NCBI GenBank assembly: GCA_001949185.1
Contig: BDGG01000006.1
Span: 2,338,827 to 2,402,826, forward strand
Length of the DNA: 64,000 bases
DNA from: Ramazzottius varieornatus
Lineage: Eukaryota > Animalia > Tardigrada
Reading direction: 5' to 3'
This document shows, one piece after another, positions 13,301 through 23,334 of the stretch. Numbering within the stretch: position 1 is the first letter of the stretch; every line of letters begins with the position of its first letter. The notes under the pieces are model-generated. The model did no database searches. It was not told the DNA's origin and was given only the letters and a program-made list of their open reading frames with translations. The translations under genes and the position numbers were made by a program.

Positions 13301-16300
13301 TACCGTTAGCAACGGTCGACAAAGCCTTCCCGCATCGAAACGAATGTGAATTTCCTTTCGAAGGAGATCTCTCGTAATCGACACCTGTCAGTCGGGAAAA
13401 ACCATACTCAGAACCCGTTGAAAATATTGAGTTTTTCCTAAGAAATACCCACTTTTCGATCAATAGTTTCCTCTTTCCTGTACTCACGCAACTTGTCAAC
13501 CAGCTCTTCGGGTTTTCGATGCAGACCGACCCAACGACCATTCACGAAGACTTTTGTCGCTCTGGAAGGACAAAATGGACCATCCGTTTAGATACAAAAA
13601 ACTGAAAAAGGGAGGAAAGGAGACCGTTGCTTACTGACTTGCCAACCGCTTCGGGTCCGCCTTCAATCCTCAAGTCCAGCATGTCAGGCATGTTTGACAG
13701 CAAGGCCTCGATGTGCGTCGCATCGGATTGAACTGTCACACAAGCCATCAGAGCGAGGTTCTTGACTAGACCGACAGACTGGCCTTCGGGTGTGTCAGAG
13801 GGACACACAACGCCCCACTGTGTGTTGTGAAGCTGACGCGGACTGGTGACTTTGGCTTCACGAGGAACCGGGTTGACGAGACGACGGAGTTGGGACACCA
13901 TGCCGACGTAGGACTGCCTATTCAACACCTACAACACAAAGAACAGAAACTGACGCAGCTCTTAATCAATGCAAATGTAGATCCGATAGAAAAGATTTAA
14001 CTTCAAAAATGGGAGCCTGGCAAAGAAACAGGACAACAGTTGTTCTTTTAAGTGGCGTACGTTTTCAGCGATATCGACTAAGAAAGGACGCTACTTGGAG
14101 AAAACAAATTTGCCGGGTTTGGCCAAGTGGCGCACGTTGGCAGTTTTATTACCTGGATTAGTGCGCCACTTGGGCAAACGATCTTGCTGAGGTTTTTTTA
14201 TTTGGTTTTTGGTAATTCAATATCATTCCTACTCACAAATTCGATCTAAAAGCTTCATGAAAGAAAGGTCCCCAAAGTTTCAGTGGTTGTTGTACCTGGG
14301 CCACGCCGGTTCGGACGTTTCCCTTCAGGCGAGAATCGCCCCAGTTCCCGGTAGATAGTGAGTACTTCAGTCCGTCAGAGATGATCCTCGGTTTCACAGC
14401 CAGTTCCATCTTGAAGTCCTTCCCTCGATCGATGAACTTCTGCACGTACTCTTTCATGTCTTTCCGCAGTTTAAAGAAGAGACCTCTGAAGAGCGAAGTG
14501 AGCAGAGGACCCACCAGATCCAGTCTTTTGTTAGCGTAGTGGTCTCTGTCGTCATACTCTCTTCTACCCAAGGCTACACTGACCATCCGATGGACCATGT
14601 AGCCCAGAAAATACACCTTTGCTCTGTCATACTCTGGCGTCGTGCCTGACGATACAAAGGCGAAGTCAATATGACACAGGCTATTACAAACCAAAAGATC
14701 CGACAAAACCGGCAACAATCGCGCAGTCCTTCGCAAACTCTGCATACAGGCAACTCGAAATATACTATGGTGCCTGTATGCAGGTGCGCGAAATCGTGTT
14801 TTTTTGGAACGTCTAGTGATACAATTGATGTGACATTTTCCGTTGTTCTAGGAATATGGAACCGTTATGGATTTTCTGAAGACAGCACTTTCTTAAGCTG
14901 GAGCCGTGGAAGAAACGGTCACCTATGTGGGGAAGGAAGTCCTTCCGTAGCAGGTTCCTCGCGTAGTCCAGCCGCTGAGCCTTCGTGACACCGGGTTTGA
15001 CGCCTCTAACAGCGATGAAATTGAGAGCGACTTCTTGGGTAGAGATGACGCTAGAGTGAGCGATGGACGCAGAAAGCCAATTGGCCATTTCGTCATCATT
15101 GAGATCAAATGTGATGTGAGCGGTGATTTCACGGTCGGTTAGACAACCGAGAGCGCGAAACAGTACGCCGATGGGTATCTCCTGCTTGATGTAGGGAAGA
15201 ATGGCTGTAATTGGCCTTCCCGAACCATATGTCGCTTCCATCTAGACACATCCGTTTCAATAAAAGTAAGAAAAACGAAAAGAAGTAAAATTCCGAAACA
15301 ACTTGGAGCTCGGCCAGTAAACTCAACCAATGATTATTTCAAGTGGCGCACGAAATAATCCTATAACACCCAAAGCGTGCGCCACTTGAGAAAAGAGTGT
15401 AGGTAGGTTTGTTTGCGGAGCTCACATTCTTCAAATATTATTTTACCTTTCGAAAGCGATGAGAAAATGTTTCTTACCGCTTTAGAGGCACCCGTTGCTC
15501 GTTTTGAAACCAGTACAGAGAAGTCTCTCACTGTGAATGGTGGCTTTTCTGCCACGGACCGAATTTCCGCACGGTAAGTGAACTTGCAGTTATTTGGGGG
15601 AGGAAAGACGAAGACTGTATTACTTGCAGACCTTTCTTGAGCTATTACAACCTGAAATTAAAGTACGAGGACATACAACTGAAATTTCTAGAGAAAGAAG
15701 TAAAAGAGATTAGTGAGACCTTTTCCGAACCATCAACGATGAAATATCCACCAGGATCGTTGTAGCATTCGTCCATTTGGCAGACTTCTCTCTCGTTAAG
15801 GCCGACCAGCATGCACTTCTTGGAGCGCACCATAACTGGCACCCATCCACAGAAGACCTTTTCTCTCTTCTTTGATGGAGGCTTGGTAGAGTTCCCAAAG
15901 ACGGTCGTCTCTTCAACGTCAATGTACAGACGTATACCGTAGGTGAAGTTGCGAAGACGACATACTTGCGGCGTGACTGTCCGTAGGAAAGAGTCCGCCT
16001 CTGGAGCTTCTGGCTTCTGACAAAAGAAGGCGTGCTTGAACTTGTACGATAACTTCACCTGCAAATCAACCCGCAAGATTTTGGCAAGCTTTAGACTTGA
16101 GACTTCAGGAACTCCAACGCTCTGAAGCCCGTGATGAGTAAAACTAATCTAAGAGCTAGACAAGCAAACCGGGCAAGAAAGTTTTCTTCAAGTAGCGCAG
16201 GCTTCCAACCGATAACACTGGAAATGTGCGCCACTCGGGAAAAACATCTTGTCGAGCTGTAAAATTCGTAGAACCATATTGCTCACATGGTTCAACTTAA

Positions 16301-17121
16301 TAAACGCGCAGCCACGTGACCAATCAAAATTTTCACATGCTGACGTCAATGCCCGCTGGATTAATTGTAGAAAAGTTCGTAGTGAGAGAGTCCACTTACG
16401 ACTTCATCTTTGCCTCCCTTGATTTTCGCTTCTTCTTTCCGCACATCGACGGGAGGAGATTCTTCAATGATCTTCTGGACTTCATATTCCCAAAACTGGT
16501 TGAAAGAGTCGAGCTGCTGCTGGACCAACGCGTTGTCGTGGAAGAAAAGGTTGATCAGTCGCCAGACTGCTTTGTCCCATTCGTGGCTGCTGTAATCGAG
16601 CTCAACCTCTTCGAATAAGTGCTGTCGATTCTCCTCGGGATCCTCCGCGAAGACCCGCAGACCGACAGACTCTACAACAAAAGCAAGAACGTTTTGGCTA
16701 GATAGAAAAGTGACATAAGTGACAGCCAACCTTCATCGACGTAGGTCTTTTTGCGCTTCTTTTTCCATTCGTTTGACGGGCGGATCTCATCCTCAAAGAC
16801 CGCTTCCGCATCTCGTAAGCCGATACACAGTGGGCTGGCACAGCCTGCGAAGAGCAGGCTCATCATAGACGGCAGAACGAGAAGCCCACAATGAAACTGG
16901 AAAATAATCAAGCAATCATGCTTACATTCGCGTTCGTCGTTGTCGAAATCCGCAGGAAAGTCATCGTCTTCCGACAAGTCAAAGTTTGGCGTTTCAGGGC
17001 TTATCCGCGCATCGCGCAGGGCAAGCAGATGTGGACTGACGTTCTCCCGATCCTCTACGTCTTCGATGGTGTCATTCAGGTGCTTCTTGCAGAATCGCCG
17101 AGAAATGTGCGCAGACGGCAT
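10329..17121 (-). CDS. RPB2: Divergent RNA polymerase II second-largest subunit (RPB2/POLR2B-like), 18 exons
   Basis: 17 GT-AG introns (16845-16925, 16672-16730, 16059-16399, 15652-15719, 15242-15477, 14646-14922, 13929-14295, 13562-13638, 13385-13452, 13028-13202, 12562-12752, 12162-12368, 11892-11956, 11410-11672, 11218-11301, 10821-10897, 10419-10624) join in frame. Motifs: [98 protein letters not shown]-terminal Zn ribbon, [14 protein letters not shown]. Confidence 0.96.
10455..16237. repeat. Dispersed intronic palindrome family CAAGTGGCGCAC-N25-GTGCGCCACTTG (about 10 copies, all in RPB2-like introns)
   Basis: Copies at 16189-16237, 15340-15388, 14124-14172, 14049-14097, 13087-13135, 12649-12697, 12260- (right arm decayed), 11545-11593, and degenerate copies at 10455-10502 and ~10529-10575. 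Outer arms extend as AGATCGTTTT...AAAACGATCT. Confidence 0.92.
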
Positions 17122-17408
17122 CCTTCAGCAGGTGGTCCAGCAGGCAAGCTAGTGCGCCATGAGCCAGCGCGACGTAATCTTGAGGCCGAGATTAATACCA
17201 TCCAAACAAGATCTCTCAAATGTTTTGCGTTACAACTTAGCCGATATACGTTGTCGGAATGGCTGAGGATTCGGGACGAAGGAGAACGAGTGATATAACT
17301 AATATTTGATTCTTGATTGTACCAAGACAATGCGATAAATTAACGACGCTGCTTGTCTCGCCAGCGCTGGACGGTTGGACGGGTCACGGTCACGGACTCA
17401 CGGGTGAT

Positions 17409-18240
17409 TTAAAGTGGGCATTCTACTTCATGACACTTCCCATGTCTCAGCCAGAACCTGATTTGGGATGTGGCCTATTATACTTATCATGATCCGGTAG
17501 ATGGATCACGATTTCTAGTATAATAGCCCACTTCCCCAGATCGCGGGTAATGGATCATGAATTGGGAATCGAGTGCGGAGACATGGACCATGGAATTAGA
17601 AAACCATGATCCGGGCCGTTCGGGATGTGGACTTTTCAACGTGCAGTAGCACATTGCTCGAAAATGAGTTGATTGGACGGAAAAACAAGGAAGTTCCTCG
17701 AGCTCCGACATTGTGGACACAACAACAATATCGAAAAATGCACTCTTGCTGTGGATGGAGTGTAAAATAATTACTGCTGGTATTTTCATATCGCTGATCA
17801 GGCGCCGAAACTTGACAAGCCTGGAATGCACAAATTCAATCAACACTCACTTCAACACGACACGGAAGGTTGAACGAAGGAGATACATGCATGTATTCAC
17901 AACCATGCAAGAACCTCAGCGGTGATTCCTCCTACCGTTTCAATTAAAATTTTTAGCTAATCTGTAAATTTATCTCATCGAAACGTCACTTCAATGGAGC
18001 GTATTTCAGACCTCGAAAAACACGAAGAAACCGATTTATTTTCATACGGGAATTAAGTCCGGATCACGACCTGTTATACTTTGGCATAGGTCGTGACTTG
18101 GATCACCAGGGCCAAGTATCACGTTTCCGCAACTTTAACATCTCGAGATGTGGCGAAATGGGAAACGTGAACGGAAAACGCGAACGGCCATTGTTTTCCG
18201 GGCATCGAGTGCGGAGAAACGAAGTATTATGCCCACTTAA
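17409..18240. mobile_element. Probable degenerate TIR element upstream of the RPB2-like gene
   Basis: AAGTGGGCATTCTACTTC at ~17412 and GAAGTATTATGCCCACTTAA at ~18221-18240 are inverted. ATCGAGTGCGGAGA is repeated internally. Confidence 0.5.
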
Positions 18241-18677
18241 CGCAGCTGACTCGTGCGACCTCCGACGTGCCACGAACCTCTAGAAGTGGTAACTTGGTCA
18301 TACGTGCGGAAATCCCATCTTTCGTAATCAGGAGACCCAGAAGAAAAACAACGAATGCCTCGAATCTGTTATCCCGTGCGGCGGTTTTCAACTTGATCAA
18401 TTCACTTTCACGCTCTTGTAGTTTATCAGTTTTCTTCTGTGTGGTTTACACTCATTGTACGATGTTTTCTACTTCAGTACACGTGTATCTTGATTGGGTT
18501 TGAAGCGCCTCTGCGAAACAGCGTACAGAAACTGATCAGACCACTAGGGTGACAAGCTTTTTCGTTACAAATACTGTAATCACAGAAGGCGACAAAACAT
18601 TTTAGTAAAATGTGAACGAGAATTTCAAACTTCGTCCCGGCCTTACTCTCACGCGCGACGAGAACTACAAGCTGGAA

Positions 18678-19905
18678 TCAACCTTGGGAAAAGCGTTCAA
18701 CGAAAGTCTGCAGCAGATTAATCACAAGCATGTCCTTTTGTCGATCGAGTTCGAGCTTTTCCTTCTGCATGGCCAGTTCTTCCTTCTTGAACTGCAACTC
18801 TTGCTCCTTGTAAGCTTGCTTTCTCTGCTCGAGCTCAAGGCGCTTTGCATCAGCTGCAATTGACCTTCTCATGATATCGACGAAATCATCCGGAACCGGT
18901 GTGGAAGAACCTTTCTTGAGACGTTTCTGCTGTGGTTGAGGCAAGATTTCTGCGACCGGAAGTGTGGAGGGATACTCTTCTTCCTCTTCGGTTTCTTCAT
19001 CTGGCCTCCGGCTCTCTGTGAAGATAATGGAGCAGGTTAGCGTTCGCCTTCGAGGAAAGGTGATAATGCGGAAACTAGCGTAAAACCACGGAGTCAGGTC
19101 CGCCGGAGTTTCCGGTTGAGCACCCAGCTTGAAAACATGGCAGACTGCACTACTTTCGGTGTTCATAACAATATGGCGAAAGCTTGTTTCATACCAGCTC
19201 GCTCAAGGCAGGGCACAGACGCCACACTCGAGCCACCCTGTCGGACCAGCCTATGGCGTCACGAGACAGCTACATATCCTTGCCTGACAAATTCAAGAAC
19301 AACGCGATGCCGTCCTACGCAACATTACCTTGTAAAATGGACTGTGCAAAGGCGCCTCGACGGATCTTCTCTCCGATGGCCACATCGCGATCCTTTGGCT
19401 TCTTCAGCTTCTTCTCGGAAGCTTGGATATTCTGAGCCATTTTCTCCATGTCTTTCTGCAGTTCAGCTAGCTGTTGTAAAAGGGAATCAGCGTCAGCATA
19501 CTCTTTCTCCTTTTCAAGACCAACACTACGTCGATGTTTGGTATCGCCATTTTGAAAGCGTTCCATGAGCTTGTCCGTCCTCTCCTTCGCTGTTCTTTCG
19601 CCCAAGTTGATCCCAGCATTCCGCATCGTCGTGGTAATCTCCCTCCAGACGCCATTCTTCTCGCGAGGCAGTAGTTCATAGTTGTAAGGGTTCATCCCAA
19701 CAACGAGACGCAACAGCAAGACGTCGTCTTTGGGCTTGAAGAATATCTTTGTCTTTCTGGTCCTAGATGGTATGGCACCGTCCTGTCCGTCCATGTGCGA
19801 GACCTGAAACGACAAAGAACACGCTAAGGGAGACGTGGAAGCCATCTGCTGCAACGGGATCAACTGGACAAGCTGAGGAGCTGCTTTGGGACGGATGGAC
19901 TTCAT
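18678..19905 (-). CDS. Myb/SANT-like (MSANTD/trihelix; Harbinger ORF-like) DNA-binding protein with a C-terminal coiled coil
   Basis: FKPKDDVLLLRLVVGMNPY...GVWREITTTM...RTAKERTDKLMERF...EYADADSLLQQL. A phase-1 intron (19016-19328) joins an acidic linker and the coiled coil LELEQRKQAYKEQELQFKKEELAMQKEKLEL. Start could be 19905 or ~19794. Confidence 0.75.
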
Positions 19906-20326
19906 GAGTAGGCTGGGAAGATACGGCGATGAATGTTACCGCAGGCGCAAAATCCAAATCAACGGTTCGTAAAGCTGATTGCAAGAGGGGCGGAGCCGAG
20001 CTCGGACATTCGAATAGGGCCGTGCTTTATCAGCAGCGCATGTTCTACAGTGAAGGCTGATAATTGGCAAACTCAGACCAGCATGAAAAGTCGGATCTGC
20101 CCTTTCAGTTGGCATACCGCGGATCCGTTCCCGTGAGCAGACGGTATCTGACCTGCTCCTACTCAACGAACGGGTATCCATCGAGGAAATGCGAAACGGC
20201 TCAGCTGTCTCCGTAAAACCGCGCTGTCGAACTGGGGAAGCGACCGGAAGCCATCATTTTCACTTCCAGACAGTCTGGAAGACCAAGTGCTTGTATTGTT
20301 CCAGGAACGAGAAAGAACTGCCAGCA

Positions 20327-22783
20327 ATGGTTACCATCCATCGGCAGCTGAAGATCGGAGTGTACGTGGAAGGAGCGAGAAGTCTGGCTGATTTGCTGCC
20401 GTCATGGGAGGCTGCTTCCGATTCCAACTTCTCCCTCATCAGCGCAGACGTCTTCACATGGGCTGCTCCACTCTCCAAAAACATTCAGCATGTGCAGACT
20501 GTCAACTACGTCTCCGCAGCGGTTGTGCCGCTGGAAACGATATGCCGAGCTTTCGTCTTGCGCGTTTTGGTACCGGGTGGGTTTAATCTCGAGCAACTAG
20601 AATTTCTCGACCCCGATGACTTCGCTCTACGGAAATCAAGGATCGCCGTAAGTCCGGAGAAAGACGTTGGATTTGTATGGTTATGAGATGATGAGTTGTG
20701 TTACAGGGTGATGCTTGGACGATTTTTCGTAAGCAGATAGAACACTGTGCGTTGTTTTGCCATGGAAAACGTCGTCCACCTGTTATACTCCCGTACTCAC
20801 CGGACATGATCTCTCTCTACGCTGAAAAGATCCTGTCCTTCGTTCCCAGACGGGCGGAAGATAGTCTTACACTTGTTTCCGATACGCAGTCAAATGAAGA
20901 AGTGCGTGAGTAATATCATTCGTCAACCTTCACTGTGTGTGAAACGAATCTCCAGTATTAATTTTTACTCTTCCAACGGACCAACTTTACTTCAGATATG
21001 GATCCACATTCCTCTTAACGGTATCTCTCTTAATGTCAATGATGACGCAAAAAATGATCCAGAACCAGATCTAGAAGATGACCATCAGAACCTGGCAGCC
21101 TTTAAAGCGTACAAATGGTACTTATTCACGTGTTCAAAATTCAAGGTGGAATAACCACTGTCGTTGCAGGTGGAATTCGCTGAAAGCTGCCGTGAGTTAC
21201 TCGCACCACCTCGGTGTTGCTCTAGAAATCACCGAAGATCTTCCTTCCGTTCTCACACTCTACGATCTCTGGCGGAGCGAACCAGTAAGAGCCATCGTGA
21301 TCCCAACGCGTCTCTTTGTTTCACTTATCGACGGTTCACCTTCCCTCAGTCCGTTTCACGTCCTTATCGTCCAGTCTTTCATCCTCCTCTGGAACGTTAA
21401 GGTTTTTCTTCGCCCCGGTGGCATCATTTCTCCTGTAAAAATCGAGCTTTTAACTCCATACACAGACTACATGCGCGATCTGTACCACACTTCGTTGGTT
21501 GGAAAAGCCGAGATACCTTCAGCCTGGCTCTTTCCTCCTTCACAACCTCTGCGCGATCACTTGACGGACAGTCAGTATGAAGAGTTCGAGTTAGACAAGA
21601 GAAAGTACGCTGACTACGAAGCTGCAGTGGACAGATACATTCGCTATCGACAATCGTTCGAAGACGTACAGGAAACGTTTGTTGTGGCTGTTGTGGGATG
21701 TGGATATGGTCCGCTCATTGACGTCACGATCAATGCTGCACTAAACTGCGGTACGATAAATGGCGTAAGCCACGGTACGATAAATGGCGTAAGCCACGGT
21801 ACAGTATCATCTCCGCCGTACGGTATCTAACTTGCGGCTTTGACCAATGGTTATTTTTGGCTGTAGGCTCCTCCCTCCAGCCCTTGGTGCCTGCCTTGCG
21901 AATCTATGCGCTGGAGAAGAATCCAGCGGTCGTCCGAGCTCTCCAAGAACGCTGTGCGAAGCATATCCAGTCGTTCCAGGGAGGAGTAGAGATTAAGATC
22001 GTGATGGAAGATATGAGAACGTGGCAGCCACCAGAGACGTTCGATATCTTGCTGAGTGAAATGTTGGGAGGTTTCGGGGATAACGAGCTGAGTCCGGAAT
22101 GTCTGGCTGGTCCAGAGAAGTTTCTGAACGAACCTGGAGTTTCCATTCCTCAAAGTTACACTTCGTACTTGTGTCCGATTTCTTGTGGAAAGTTGTATGA
22201 GTTGATTCCAGAGGGGGCTTCGAACGAGAGAAGGCTGAAGGAGAGAATGTATAGTTTTCAGGCGGATTACTTCAAGACTTTGGACGAAGCCAAACCCGTC
22301 TTTACCTTCGAACATCCAAGTTCTTCCCGTGCTCGTAAATAATTCAAATTACAGTTATAAGATCAGTATTGAGAAACATTCGGTAAAGAGAATCAACAGA
22401 AAACGAGTCATTTTCCAATTGCAGGAAGTGATGCAAACCTGAAGACAGTGTTGGACTTCACAGCTCAAAGTGAAGGAATGCTGCATGGTTTTTCTGGCCA
22501 TTTTACTGCACAGCTCTACGAAGACATCGAACACTGCACGGTGCCGAAGAGAAGAACAAGTGGGCTGACGACGTGGAATGATGTCTTCTTCCCTTTGACC
22601 TGGCCAGTATGGCTCGAGAAGGGGGACACAGTTCGTCTGCAGTTTTTCCGGCGTGAAAATAAAGAAGCTATCTGGTACGAATGGGCGCTTTCTGAACCTC
22701 GTACTTCCATCGTGCATAATGCCGGTGGACGGGCCTTCCGCATGCCGTTGGTGTTTGAACTTGACCTTGATTCCTCACTGTGA
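20327..22783 (+). CDS. PRMT5: Divergent protein arginine N-methyltransferase 5 (PRMT5-like)
   Basis: Spliced exons give TIM-barrel segments (IWIHIPL, WWNSLK, VALEITEDLP, WRSEPVRAIVIPT), QPLRDHL..QYEEFELDKRKY, VVGCGYGPL, IYALEKNP, DMRTW, double-E loop LLSEMLGGFGDNELSPECL, GVSIPQSYTSY, HGFSGHF, WYEW and HNAGGR. Confidence 0.93.
21750..21801 (+). repeat. 24-bp tandem duplication CGGTACGATAAATGGCGTAAGCCA at a PRMT5 splice donor
   Basis: Two exact copies followed by a partial third (CGGTAC). In frame they read GTINGVSH x2. Confidence 0.9.
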
Positions 22784-23334
22784 TGTTTGCCCTTCCGGGT
22801 GATTTTCTCTCTTTTTTATCCATTTACTCCGCGTTGCGTTTTGCTGCTAAAACTTTACACTTCGGACAGAGCTTCCTCAGACGGTACTGTAAAATATGTT
22901 TATGTCAGGCGTGTTGATAGTTCGAAGGGATATCAGGGAAATTTGGGAACTGGTTGTTTTCCGGCATCACCTTTCTGAACCGTGCACACCCCTCAAAATG
23001 ACGTTTTCAAGTCTGCCGACGTCACATGTTTGTTCGACATTCATGGCGCTTATCAGAAACGGCCTATGGGGCCGTCAAACCATTCCATAGTTGGCGAAGA
23101 GATCGAAGGACGCGTGATGCATCACGCCGGAGGTGAGTGATACGATGATAAGCCGATGATATAACGTCGCCCTTATCAGTTCATATTGTCCGGGTTCTCG
23201 ATACTTCCTCGCTGCCCGTGGCGGAAGTTGGAGGAAGAAAAGGGGAAACCAGCGCGAAAGTCCCCAGTTTTGGCTTCGGGGTGAGCCAAATTTTTTTTTT
23301 ACTTTGGGATACGCTTTTTATGCCGAATTACGTA

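Noticed and set aside
13929-14295. H/ACA or C/D snoRNA interpretation of the tandem hairpins
   Set aside because: No consistent H (ANANNA)/ACA or C/D boxes and no pseudouridylation pockets across copies. Not fully excluded without a covariance-model search.
10455-16237. CRISPR-like array interpretation of the repeat-spacer units
   Set aside because: The units are inverted pairs dispersed one or two per intron in a eukaryotic gene, the spacers share ancestry, and no cas genes are present.
10419-16399. Introner (intron-creating transposon) interpretation
   Set aside because: The palindromes lie in intron interiors, not at splice boundaries, and the intron ends are not similar to each other.
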